A DNA stretch of 64,000 nucleotides from a virus (IMGVR_UViG_3300011271_000002:40423-104422); one strand, 5' to 3'. Numbered from the stretch's first letter, positions 9,372 to 18,278 are shown. A program made the numbers and translations. The notes: generated by a model from the sequence alone, not told the origin.

Positions 9372-9922
9372 TAGATCGCCGCCTTTATTTTTTCAGAACA
9401 GGGCTTGCCACGCCAGGCATAATCGATCCGCGATTGGGTAAAATAGAAACGGGCCGCGACGAAGTTCATAGCTTCGTGCAGCCCTGACCGATGCGACCGA
9501 TAGGGAGTCACATGGCTACCACCAATACTAAGGGACCAGAGCCGAATAGTGGCTGTTGGCTGTGGACTGGCATGCTCAAGGATAGCGGCTACGGAAAGAT
9601 TCAAACCGGCACGTTCGCCAACCCCAACATGCAGCGGGCGCATCGCGTTGCCTACGAATTGTTCGTTGGCCCAATACCTCCCGGACTGCAACTTGACCAT
9701 CTTTGCCGGGTTTCTAGTTGCGTCAATCCGAATCATCTGGAGCCGGTCACTAATGCAGAGAACACAAGACGCGGAATCGCAGGACAGTGGCAGAAAAACA
9801 AAACACATTGCCCACAGGGTCATGAATACACAATTGAAAATACCATGATGTATTTGGGAAAGTGGAGGCGCTGCCGAACATGCAGCAGAGAGCGTAATCA
9901 TCTTGCCGCTTGACGAGCTCAC
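9371..9922 (-). CDS. Possible bridging ORF, in-register antisense to the HNH gene
   Basis: Start overlaps the gp10-like stop (GTGA) and stop overlaps the TMP start (TAGTG). The protein sequence itself is not recognisable. Confidence 0.35.
   Translation of the reverse strand: MSSSSGKMITLSAACSAAPPLSQIHHGIFNCVFMTLWAMCFVFLPLSCDSASCVLCISDRLQMIRIDATRNPAKMVKLQSGRYWANEQFVGNAMRPLHVGVGERAGLNLSVAAILEHASPQPTATIRLWSLSIGGSHVTPYRSHRSGLHEAMNFVAARFYFTQSRIDYAWRGKPCSEKIKAAI
9512..9913 (+). CDS. HNH homing endonuclease inserted antisense in the tail operon
   Basis: GCWLWTG, AHRVAYELFVGPIP, DHLCRVSSCVNPNHLEPVTNAEN, KTHCPQGHEY; SD AGGGAG before ATG 9512. Confidence 0.9.
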   Translation: MATTNTKGPEPNSGCWLWTGMLKDSGYGKIQTGTFANPNMQRAHRVAYELFVGPIPPGLQLDHLCRVSSCVNPNHLEPVTNAENTRRGIAGQWQKNKTHCPQGHEYTIENTMMYLGKWRRCRTCSRERNHLAA

Positions 9923-10374
9923 GGAATCACCATGCTAGTTGAACCCTGCGGGAATTGCTCCCTTACGGTCTGTGCCAAAGAGTCGGCAAATGCGGCTATG
10001 GCCCGTTCCGCTGAACTATCAAACGCCACTCTCATAAAAGGGTGTGGAGCGATCATCCCCTCCGCTTTTTTTCCCGGCTTGTGGCCGATCATGCGATGCC
10101 CGTATTCCACCCACAGCGCGCGCTGGCCCATTTTGCCATAGCCGATTCTGGCCAAGCCGCCGCGGAGTTGATTGTCGAGAGTGATCTCCATCATCCGCGC
10201 TGCCTTGAGTTTCCCTTCGCGGACCGGTTCTCTGATGTTGAGCTCGCGATTGATTTCCTGCGCGCCGGCGTTCAGTGCTTTAAGGAAACCAGTGGCCACG
10301 ATGATCTTGGGTGCCTCGCGTAGCATCTTGCAGACATCCTCGATGCCGATGATCCGCGAGACCTCGCCAGCCAT
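9919..10374 (-). CDS. HK97 gp10-like tail completion protein
   Basis: PVREGKLK, WVEYGH and PHPFMRVAFD motifs. Confidence 0.85.
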   Translation of the reverse strand: MAGEVSRIIGIEDVCKMLREAPKIIVATGFLKALNAGAQEINRELNIREPVREGKLKAARMMEITLDNQLRGGLARIGYGKMGQRALWVEYGHRMIGHKPGKKAEGMIAPHPFMRVAFDSSAERAIAAFADSLAQTVREQFPQGSTSMVIP

Positions 10375-10383
10375 GAGTTAATC

Positions 10384-10872
10384 TTAGCCGCTTGCGGCAG
10401 CTTCGACCGGCAATGCTTCCGGGTTGGGCGTTGGTGACGCGGGCGGCGGCACTTCCGCAGTCGCAGGCTCGGGCGTTGGCTGTGACGGGGAAGGATTAAG
10501 CAGTTCGTCCAGGCTTTTCGGCTCGTTGCCCATCGAGACATTGTAGGCGTTTGCCAGGGCGGCCATCGCGATCCCGAGCCGATCGACGCGCAGCAGCTTG
10601 CCGGTTTCCTTGAGCGAATCTTTCTTGCTCAATCCAGGGAAAGCCGCCTCAGGCCCAGCTTCCAGCGCGGCGAAGAAAAGCCCGCGCAATTCCGCAGCCG
10701 TGATGCCGCCGCCCTCGCCCGTGATGCGGAGCAGCGCACTGAAAAGATTGCAACCGCAGATTTCCTCTACGTCCACGATGGTGTTGAAATCGTAGGCGAG
10801 CGTCAGTTCCTCGGCATCGTCGTCGTCAAACTTGAATCGATAGTATTTCAGATCGTCTTTCGGTTGTGGCAT
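10384..10872 (-). CDS. Tail assembly chaperone (gpG-like)
   Basis: LTLAYDFNTIVDVEEICG, ELRGLFFAAL; position between tail tube and TMP. Confidence 0.7.
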   Translation of the reverse strand: MPQPKDDLKYYRFKFDDDDAEELTLAYDFNTIVDVEEICGCNLFSALLRITGEGGGITAAELRGLFFAALEAGPEAAFPGLSKKDSLKETGKLLRVDRLGIAMAALANAYNVSMGNEPKSLDELLNPSPSQPTPEPATAEVPPPASPTPNPEALPVEAAASG

Positions 10873-10876
10873 GTGT

Positions 10877-11545
10877 TCACCCTTGTTTTCTAAACTGCGC
10901 AAAATGTCTCATCAGGTATTCGCCAGTGATCGGCTGCTCACGCTGCTTGGCCCAGGGATGCAGCATGAAGGCGTCGGCACGCAACGGCTCCTTCGGGGCC
11001 AATTGGCTGTAGTTCGCGTTGTTGGCGATGACCATCCCAAACATCAGTTCCCATTGTCGTAGATTTTCAATGTGCCGGCGCAGAAGTGCCTGAAGAAGTT
11101 TGGGCGTCAGATCAAGCCATTCGCGATCAGTGAGGCGAAGATTCTCGTGGGCCATCGCCCAAGCTTCTGGCCAACTCAACGATTTGGCCTGTTTCGCGGA
11201 TTCGCCTTCATCGGCATTTTCCGAATCTTCTTCCTCGTTTCTCTCTGGCATCGAGGCCTGCCAGGCTCTGAAAAGGATGTTCCTGACATTCATCACGTTC
11301 CCGAGATGAAGGATTTCGCCGGCAGCCCGAATCGAACAATCAGCGCCAACGTGGGTAAGAATTTCGAAAAGCACGCTGCGGAGCGTTTTAGCCGCTGGGC
11401 GGACAAGGTTCAGATTTCCTGCCAAGACGTCCAGGCCGGTGCTGCTTTCAAGTTTCAACAGAAGCTCGTGCGTGAAGAGAATTCGCCAGCGTCGGCCGCC
11501 GAAAGGCAATTCGATCACCGGGCTGAGAATTTCGGCTATCGTCAC
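10877..11545 (-). CDS. Tail assembly chaperone (gpG-T-like)
   Basis: N-terminal WRILFTHELLLKLESSTG plus C-terminal LRLTDREWLDLTPKLLQALL (gpT-like). Confidence 0.65.
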   Translation of the reverse strand: MTIAEILSPVIELPFGGRRWRILFTHELLLKLESSTGLDVLAGNLNLVRPAAKTLRSVLFEILTHVGADCSIRAAGEILHLGNVMNVRNILFRAWQASMPERNEEEDSENADEGESAKQAKSLSWPEAWAMAHENLRLTDREWLDLTPKLLQALLRRHIENLRQWELMFGMVIANNANYSQLAPKEPLRADAFMLHPWAKQREQPITGEYLMRHFAQFRKQG

Positions 11546-11554
11546 ATGGAGCGA

Positions 11555-11998
11555 TTAGACGACTGTTTCGGTAATGGTCCCGCTGATTTGGACATCGGCC
11601 ATATATTCGATGGCCTTGTTTTGTTCGAATGGGCCGTTCTCGTACTTGGCAATATAGCCGATGCCGGTGCATGTGTAAACCTTGCTGCCCTTATCCACCG
11701 GCGCGGTAATCTTCCACGAAAAAACTGTTTGGGCTTGGGCGAGCGCCAGGAGACTCAACTGCGAGGTGTCCCCGATGAAATTTCCAGCGATTGAATTCAG
11801 GCCAGGCTTGATTAGTCCGGGAATGAATTCCTCCGTTGCGTTCGGAGAAAGCAGATGCGTCGTATCTACCTGCGGAACACTCACCTGCGCAGGCTTGATA
11901 CTTTTCACCTCAAGCATCGCATTGTAGCTGCCAGGACTGGCTACAGTGCCAATGTAAAATACCGCTGTGTTGCCAGTGTTGGCGCGAGATGCTGCCAT
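11555..11998 (-). CDS. Major tail tube protein
   Basis: VDTTHLLSPNATEEFIPGLIKPG and VQISG motifs of lambda V-like tube proteins. Confidence 0.85.
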   Translation of the reverse strand: MAASRANTGNTAVFYIGTVASPGSYNAMLEVKSIKPAQVSVPQVDTTHLLSPNATEEFIPGLIKPGLNSIAGNFIGDTSQLSLLALAQAQTVFSWKITAPVDKGSKVYTCTGIGYIAKYENGPFEQNKAIEYMADVQISGTITETVV

Positions 11999-12068
11999 GA
12001 CATTCTCCTTGTCTTTGGGACTTCTAGCTACCCATCATATCCCTAAAAGCAAATCTGCGTGTAAATGT

Positions 12069-12476
12069 TTAATTCGCCTGATTGAACCAGATCTCGTATT
12101 CGATCATCCGGCGAAAGGTTCGGCTGGCATCGTCATAGGGGAAATCCATCGGTTCTTGTTCCATCAGGCAGCTTTGCACGAACGTGGAATCTGGGTCCGA
12201 TAGCGTCCCCCTGAAATTGTTCAACACTACGTCAATGGCGCTGGCGAGAGTGATCGTGCCCGCCTGATCGTAAGCGTAGCAATCTATCTGTAGACGCCGA
12301 TGCCTTGGTCCTCGTTCGCCAGCCAGCGTGTGATCGGGCGTTCCTCCAACATAGAGATAGGTCCAACTGGGCAGCACCATATCCTTTGGCAACTGGCCCA
12401 GGAAGCCTCCGCTGGCAGCGATCGCGGCCACGGCCGGCGTTCCCTGTACCAGCACGCTGATGCCTTGATCTATCAA
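12069..12476 (-). CDS. Tail terminator (DUF3168 / gp17-like)
   Basis: RLQIDCYA, LNNFRGTL, FRRMIEYEIW; upstream of the tail tube gene. Confidence 0.85.
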   Translation of the reverse strand: MIDQGISVLVQGTPAVAAIAASGGFLGQLPKDMVLPSWTYLYVGGTPDHTLAGERGPRHRRLQIDCYAYDQAGTITLASAIDVVLNNFRGTLSDPDSTFVQSCLMEQEPMDFPYDDASRTFRRMIEYEIWFNQAN

Positions 12477-13213
12477 CCCACAAGGATATCATTGGATTTC
12501 TTCACCCACTGATGCGTGCGCACCAATTCCTCATATTGTTGATGCCAGTTCATTGCCCGTTCGGCAGGATCGTAGCGGGCTATCCGCTCCTGCAATACCT
12601 TTCGGGCGCCCTGAACACTACCGCGGATTGGGTAGTGTTTGAGAACGAAGCGCTCCGGATAGACATGCATTCCGGGGAATGTCGCGATATGCCCGCCGCT
12701 GGAAGTGAGATTGACTCGCTGAGTGTTTCGCCAAGCCTTAACGTGATGAAGCTTCGAATCCAGATGGTCAAGAGTGAAGCTTTGGAAGTGACGCTCGGGA
12801 TCACCTGTATACAGATCATCGGTCGGGTAGAATTGCAAAACCTGATGATCCACTGCGTTATAGCCGGCCGCCTGGACCCGCACGAAGGCGTCCTTCAGTG
12901 ATTCATCAGGCACGGGACTTTTCCGGATTTCATCGGCGTCGTGATGAATGCACCAGGATGCGGTTGATGCCGCCGCTAGTTCTTCCACGCGGGTCAACAG
13001 CGGCCGCCACGAGTAGTATTGCGAAGGCCCGTCGGCCGGAAACTTCTCGAAGCCGACCAGCGGAAACTCCCGCACGAGATCGGGGCTTCCATCGGTGGAC
13101 CAATTGTCGATCACGTAGACGCCGATGCCCTGATTGATCAGATGTTGGATCGTGAAAACAATTATGTCGGCCTCGTTAAAACAAGTCATGAACGCTGCGA
13201 CGGAAAACTTCAT
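12473..13213 (-). CDS. Glycosyltransferase family 2
   Basis: FNEADII, VIDNWSTDGS, WCIHHDADE (DxD), LKHY; ATG 13213 overlaps the previous stop. Confidence 0.85.
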   Translation of the reverse strand: MKFSVAAFMTCFNEADIIVFTIQHLINQGIGVYVIDNWSTDGSPDLVREFPLVGFEKFPADGPSQYYSWRPLLTRVEELAAASTASWCIHHDADEIRKSPVPDESLKDAFVRVQAAGYNAVDHQVLQFYPTDDLYTGDPERHFQSFTLDHLDSKLHHVKAWRNTQRVNLTSSGGHIATFPGMHVYPERFVLKHYPIRGSVQGARKVLQERIARYDPAERAMNWHQQYEELVRTHQWVKKSNDILVG

Positions 13214-14055
13214 GATTTTGTGTCGCTGCCACTGGCGTTCTTTGCACACCACTCTCGCAGGCGCTGGGCCCAATGCTCCGCGTCTTCGCCCTTGAATGGA
13301 GATCGATACAATACGCAGTCCACCGCGTGATGCGCTCCGGGCTCCGGTTTCGGGCGGCCTGGCTGACAATGCAGGCATCTGGTCCTGATGTCGTGAATCT
13401 TGCTCGCGCCGTGAATTATCGCATAACAGGGCAGTGCGTGCCATGGCCGGATTTGATTCCAGGCGTAGACGATTCTAAAATGCCGGGCAACCATGCTCTC
13501 GAATTCAGCCGGCGTGAAATCGTGCCGGTGATGCGGATTGGTCGCCATCGTCGGGACAATCGGAGTCGAGACAATCAAATGCCGAGCTCGCCTGGCCATC
13601 ATGGCCAGGAACTCTTCGGGATTTTCCAAATGTTCCAACACCTCAAACGCCATCGCCCCGTCAAACTCCTCGTCTTCCTCGAGCTGTTCGGGACGCAGGA
13701 AAGTTCCCAGCTTGCCAGGCCGCTGCCGGGCAAGGGTGAGCGCGGATTCAGATGTATCGACGGAAACGACATGGCAGCCCGCGCGGGTCAACATCTCCGA
13801 GCCATAACCGACCCCGCAACCAAAATCCAGAATGCGGCCGCCGGTGAAGCACTTCCGCGCGAATGCGTATCGTTCAATATGGGCGTTACGTTCCCACAGA
13901 TCCGGGCAGCGATCCACGTCAAGGGCACCGCCATCCGGAAGTATCCAATCCAGCGTCGGCAGATCCTCTAAATGCCCCAGTCCGCCGAAGCGAGACCGGG
14001 GAACGCGCCCTCCACCCGGCGCGTGAATATCGACTACTAAATCTGATTGCCCCAT
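13210..14055 (-). CDS. Class I SAM-dependent methyltransferase
   Basis: HIERYAFA, ILDFGCGVGYG, FEVLEHL, VSTP, NPHH. Confidence 0.88.
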   Translation of the reverse strand: MGQSDLVVDIHAPGGGRVPRSRFGGLGHLEDLPTLDWILPDGGALDVDRCPDLWERNAHIERYAFARKCFTGGRILDFGCGVGYGSEMLTRAGCHVVSVDTSESALTLARQRPGKLGTFLRPEQLEEDEEFDGAMAFEVLEHLENPEEFLAMMARRARHLIVSTPIVPTMATNPHHRHDFTPAEFESMVARHFRIVYAWNQIRPWHALPCYAIIHGASKIHDIRTRCLHCQPGRPKPEPGAHHAVDCVLYRSPFKGEDAEHWAQRLREWCAKNASGSDTKS

Positions 14056-14714
14056 ATGTCCAGTCCCCACTTGGCCTTGAATAGCTCATGGTTGGCGCTG
14101 TAATCGCCGGGGCTTCGCGGATCCCCGCGAAACGTGCTCGGCAGACTAAGATGATCCACAAATACGCCATCCAGAATACCGAGCTTCAGTCCAGCCCGTC
14201 GAACCCGCAGGCAGTAGTCGTCGTCATCGCCGCCATAACCGACGAAGCGTTCATCTAACAGGCCAATTTTATTGATCGTGCGCCGCGGTATGAAAACACA
14301 CACGAAGCAACAGACGCGCGGTTCCTCCCTCAGCCCGACGATTCCAGCAAGGGGATTTTGATTTGGATTGCCGACATTATTCGTGGTGGCCGAAACGAGA
14401 CCGTATTCTGGATGCTCCTGCGTCGCGCGCTGCATCGCCGCGAACCCACCGGAGCTTTTCAGGAGTGCGTCATCGTTGAGCAATACCACATCATCGCTGC
14501 CCGCGGATTCAATCCCGATGTTTACATTGCGAGCAAAAACGAAATCTGATTCCACGTCTCTAACGTCGAATCCGTCCGGGGGGATCCAGTCATTTCCTTT
14601 CGAGCGGTCCCATATCACAATGATCCGGGATGTTTCACCGGCCGCGCGGATGGCCGCGACGCAGGCGCGGAGATTGTTCTCTGTTCTCGAAGGAATGATG
14701 ATTGAGAAATTCAA
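14037..14714 (-). CDS. Glycosyltransferase family 2
   Basis: FSIIIPS, FARNVNIG, VVLLNDD, IGLLDERFVGYGGDDDDYCLR; TTG start overlaps the 7TM gene stop. Confidence 0.88.
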   Translation of the reverse strand: MNFSIIIPSRTENNLRACVAAIRAAGETSRIIVIWDRSKGNDWIPPDGFDVRDVESDFVFARNVNIGIESAGSDDVVLLNDDALLKSSGGFAAMQRATQEHPEYGLVSATTNNVGNPNQNPLAGIVGLREEPRVCCFVCVFIPRRTINKIGLLDERFVGYGGDDDDYCLRVRRAGLKLGILDGVFVDHLSLPSTFRGDPRSPGDYSANHELFKAKWGLDIWGNQI

Positions 14715-15385
14715 TGTGGACTGTCTTGCCCTTTGGGCTCGAATCTCGCGCCCGGGGCCCGCCGCCAGAAGGAAAGATACCACAGCAAAAAGCATGCGCC
14801 AGCGATCCACATCAATTTCGTGCTGATCGCGCTGGTCGTCACGGAGAAGTAGGCGGCCGAATTCATCCACAGATACACAGCCAGGATGATCGAATGCCTT
14901 CCTTCGATCTTCATGACATGATGCCGACGGACGGGCAGGAGACTCAACGCCGTGAGTCCGCACGCCAGAAAGCAATCGACGCCAGCCCGAAGTGCATAGA
15001 CGATTTCGAGCCACGATTCCGGCCAGCGCGTTTCGGCGTGAAGCTCCAAGAATATCCAGGTGCTGGCGAAGGCCGACGCGCCGAATACCAATATCATCGA
15101 TTGAAGATGAAAGGGCGTCCGCAAATGCATCCTTCTGGCGGCTTCATAGGAAACGACTCCGCGGAAGGCGATCTGAATCACCATCGCGGTAATGGCGAAC
15201 CGAGCGTAGAATTTATTTCCAGCCCTGAATTCTGCTAGACCGAAGAGGATAACGCTGACGATGAGATCGAACAGTAGATAGAGATAGAATTTCCCGTACA
15301 GTGATCGCCAGGATCGTACTTTCATAGTCAGCGCGAATTCCGCGAAGAGCGACAAGCCCCAGGCGAGAGCCAGATTCGGATCCAT
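14711..15385 (-). CDS. Polytopic (about 7 TM) membrane protein
   Basis: About seven hydrophobic segments; SD AAGGAG. Confidence 0.75.
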   Translation of the reverse strand: MDPNLALAWGLSLFAEFALTMKVRSWRSLYGKFYLYLLFDLIVSVILFGLAEFRAGNKFYARFAITAMVIQIAFRGVVSYEAARRMHLRTPFHLQSMILVFGASAFASTWIFLELHAETRWPESWLEIVYALRAGVDCFLACGLTALSLLPVRRHHVMKIEGRHSIILAVYLWMNSAAYFSVTTSAISTKLMWIAGACFLLWYLSFWRRAPGARFEPKGQDSPH

Positions 15386-15393
15386 CAAAGAGT

Positions 15394-15576
15394 TTACTCC
15401 TTACTGGATGGACTTCCGCTCGGCGGATTTCGTTTCGCTGGCTTTTTACCCTTGGGCTTTTTGGCCTTTGGCGCCGGCACCGGTTTCTTCACGGTGGCGT
15501 CCGGGCATGGTGGCTGATCTGGGCCGCAGGGAGGCGGGAAATCACCGCTCCCCATTTGCATCACTTGACTCGTCAT
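15394..15576 (-). CDS. 60-aa Pro/Cys peptide with Lys-rich tail
   Basis: SD AAGGAG then ATG; DFPPPCGPDQPPCP followed by KKPVPAPKAKKPKGKK. Confidence 0.6.
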   Translation of the reverse strand: MTSQVMQMGSGDFPPPCGPDQPPCPDATVKKPVPAPKAKKPKGKKPAKRNPPSGSPSSKE

Positions 15577-15793
15577 CGCGTTGTCTCCTTTGCCTGATTT
15601 CATTTCTTACGAAATTAAGTGACTCGATGTAGGCTCCCATGAAATATCTTCCGTCTTTGGTTAGAAGCCAGTTCTTGGTACGCTTTTCCGCGCCGCCAGC
15701 CAACCAAATCGATAGCCAGCCGCTCACTACCGCGACCATCGTGATCACGCTTCCGATGGCCTGAATAGCGGCGCCGAACGATTGCCCCTGCAT
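15542..15793 (-). CDS. Small single-TM membrane protein
   Basis: Hydrophobic N-terminal helix and charged tail. Confidence 0.5.
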   Translation of the reverse strand: MQGQSFGAAIQAIGSVITMVAVVSGWLSIWLAGGAEKRTKNWLLTKDGRYFMGAYIESLNFVRNEIRQRRQRDDESSDANGER

Positions 15794-15863
15794 CACAATA
15801 ATGACCGCCGAAATTAGATCTCATTAACGATACCATGAACGGAAAATATGATCGGACTTTTTA

Positions 15864-16067
15864 TCAGGGCTCATCCTCTAGTTGACTGATAAAGTTCAAC
15901 TGCGAGATATCTTCCGAGAACGGGTCGCAGTCGTTGTCGTCCGGCCATTCGTCGATGGAGCCGGGAGCGTTCAGAAAGTCCGGGGCATCGGATCGTTCCT
16001 TGGGCGAGCTATCAAGCTTCACCGGCTTTCTTCCGGGCTTTCGCTTGGGGTCTGGCATGATTGTCAT
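15864..16067 (-). CDS. Hypothetical protein, basic N-terminus and acidic C-terminus
   Basis: Coupled small ORF. Confidence 0.5.
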   Translation of the reverse strand: MTIMPDPKRKPGRKPVKLDSSPKERSDAPDFLNAPGSIDEWPDDNDCDPFSEDISQLNFISQLEDEP

Positions 16068-16270
16068 TTCCCGCTTCGCGCTCTCTCAAGTATACGCGCC
16101 GCGATTTCGCGAGCCGAACGTTTTGGCTTGGGTCCCGGCTTATCGACCCTATTGATAAGCGCATCTTTAATCATGCGCCCATGATCGAGTCTTCGCTGTT
16201 CGGACCATTTCGGATTTCGGGCCTGGAACCGTGCGAGTTTGCGGGCATAGATTTCCGATCCCTTGGCCAT
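16064..16270 (-). CDS. Hypothetical basic protein
   Basis: Coupled at both ends. Confidence 0.55.
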   Translation of the reverse strand: MAKGSEIYARKLARFQARNPKWSEQRRLDHGRMIKDALINRVDKPGPKPKRSAREIAARILERARSGK

Positions 16271-16887
16271 CAGGCCTCGCTGTCCGATGTTTCCGGCGCG
16301 TCGATCTCCTGTTCATCCGGCTCATCGGGCACGAGCGCGAGCTGGTCGCCATCGTCGGGCGGTAGAATTTCGAGGCAGACCTCGATCCTTGGATGCTTGT
16401 GATCAACGTGAAGCCGTGTTCCGTCCCAGTGGCGAATGAGAACGTCATTCTGAATCAGACCTTTATAGACCTTGTTGTCCTTGGCCCCTGGCGGTCGCTT
16501 GTATCCGCCGGCCCTTCCTGTCGGGCAGTGACCGCCCTTGTGCGCTACCGCCGGGCATTCGCAATTAAGGCAATCCGGTTTAATCGAACTGTGCCATTCG
16601 AGGATATCCCCGAGGGCCTGCGTGAAACCGTTCCAGTCTCCGGAATTTTGCTTGCGATAGAATTGGGCCGAAATACAAACGGGATCAGCGATCGGCATCG
16701 GAACGCCGACTGCGGCGAAGTCTTTGCGGAGTTTAGTGATGTGCGGTTTACATTCTCGGAACATGGTGGTGAAAGCTTCGCTGGGCAGGATGCGGACCAT
16801 CCCACCTCTAATAATCTGACTGGCAGGAACCACGGAACTATTTTTCTTGGTTCGGGGTATGCAAGGCAAAGTGAAGCGGATTTTCAA
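16270..16887 (-). CDS. RusA-like Holliday junction resolvase
   Basis: PRTKKNS, PVCISAQFY, GDWNGFTQALGDIL...GLIQND, HPRIEV; acidic motif diverged. Confidence 0.7.
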   Translation of the reverse strand: MKIRFTLPCIPRTKKNSSVVPASQIIRGGMVRILPSEAFTTMFRECKPHITKLRKDFAAVGVPMPIADPVCISAQFYRKQNSGDWNGFTQALGDILEWHSSIKPDCLNCECPAVAHKGGHCPTGRAGGYKRPPGAKDNKVYKGLIQNDVLIRHWDGTRLHVDHKHPRIEVCLEILPPDDGDQLALVPDEPDEQEIDAPETSDSEA

Positions 16888-17147
16888 TTGGTTCCCTGGC
16901 GCAAGAGCCTGCTCCAGCCCTCCATCTCTCGAAGTCGCTGGATCGTTTGCTGGGCGAACTCTCGCTCGTTCAAGCCTAGCTCTGAAGCATTTTTAGCGGC
17001 GGATTCCCACCATTCCAGAGCTGCAAAAGCATAGCGATCATAATCTGGCACGGCATCGTTATCATTCAGCGAAGCCGTGGTCATGTGCGCTTTCATCACG
17101 ATCTGCGCCTCGGGACAATGCTGCAGGATGCGCTCGCGGGCGGTCAT
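16884..17147 (-). CDS. Hypothetical protein
   Basis: Coupled ORF. Confidence 0.55.
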   Translation of the reverse strand: MTARERILQHCPEAQIVMKAHMTTASLNDNDAVPDYDRYAFAALEWWESAAKNASELGLNEREFAQQTIQRLREMEGWSRLLRQGTN

Positions 17148-17359
17148 GTGAGTTTGATCTCCACGCCGCTGATGCTGTCATCATCGAGCAGTAGAGCGTC
17201 CTCAGCGGCCTCTTTCTTCTCCTTGGCCGCCGCAATACAGGACGTGCAGACCTGGCCGTATATTTCCTCGGAGACGAACTTGCCCTCGGTGTTGTGGCCC
17301 TTGATCAGCGTCAGGCAATCGTGGGACGGTACTTCATGGTCGCAAATGAGGCAGATCAA
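17144..17359 (-). CDS. Small zinc-finger-like hypothetical protein
   Basis: CLIC...CTSC. Confidence 0.5.
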   Translation of the reverse strand: MICLICDHEVPSHDCLTLIKGHNTEGKFVSEEIYGQVCTSCIAAAKEKKEAAEDALLLDDDSISGVEIKLT

Positions 17360-17615
17360 TCTACAGGCTCCATGCGATAATATCGCGCACCTTCCACATG
17401 TGACGAATCGTGGGGATTCCCTGAAAGTTCGTTCATTCGTACTATCTGTCGTGCGAATTCAGCGTGTGTCGAAGGCCCGATGCAACGCAGCGCGGTTCTG
17501 GTATCCTCCTCGTAGTAATCGCAACGATGAATCGAGCCGCGTTGGCAGTAGGCATGCATAGTCATGACCAAGAACCCCTGCTCGTTGTAAACTTGCGATG
17601 CTATTTCGTCTCCGC

Positions 17616-18278
17616 TCACGGCCTCACCCATAGAATCGGCTTGGCATTATCCGGCACTCGCATTCGCCCACGTGCCATCGGGTGCAGCGGCTGGCCGGCG
17701 GAATTAACGCCGATGCAATAGAGTCGCTCATCAACATCGGCTCGATCATAGCCAGTTTCGTCCTCGTCCATGCCTGAATAACAATACTGCTTGCCGAGAA
17801 TTTCTGTCGGTTGACTGAACGCTTCCAGGCATTGCTCCAGCCACGGCTCGTTGCGCTTCACGGCCTCGGCACCGAACGCCACGATGCGGATCGAAGCCAT
17901 ACGCGCGAAGCGCTCGATATCCTTCAGATTGGTCTGCATATCGTCGCGAGCGGGATAGTCATCGGTCACTTGCCAGTTAGCGCGAAGCCACATTTCGGGA
18001 GGATCGCTCGTGACAAACGGATAGAGATTCACCGCGATATAGCCGCCATATCCCCAAGCCTTGCTGAAATTTATTATCCGCCTGCTAGTCGGATCCTCTT
18101 TGCTTTCGGATGCGTCCGACGGATTCAGCATCAACCACACCGCCCAGCGGCGAAGACCAACGCCATTATGCGGGCTCAATGGACCGAGCGAACCGCCGTC
18201 CCACCAGCGCGAGAGATGCCGGCGGATCGTGCGGTCGCGCCCGAACATCGCGTCGCCATTGATTGTTGGTGCGCCCAT
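17616..18278 (-). CDS. DUF1643 family protein
   Basis: LSRWW, MLNPSDA...EDPTSRR, NLYPF..SDP, GQPLHP. Confidence 0.85.
   Translation of the reverse strand: MGAPTINGDAMFGRDRTIRRHLSRWWDGGSLGPLSPHNGVGLRRWAVWLMLNPSDASESKEDPTSRRIINFSKAWGYGGYIAVNLYPFVTSDPPEMWLRANWQVTDDYPARDDMQTNLKDIERFARMASIRIVAFGAEAVKRNEPWLEQCLEAFSQPTEILGKQYCYSGMDEDETGYDRADVDERLYCIGVNSAGQPLHPMARGRMRVPDNAKPILWVRP

Noticed and set aside
12473-15014. Long N-terminal extensions given by the ORF track for the glycosyltransferases (also for HerA, the SMC-like ATPase, NUMOD4-HNH and the helicase-MTase)
   Set aside because: They overlap upstream genes. Internal starts with coupling overlaps or SD sites fit the domain boundaries better.
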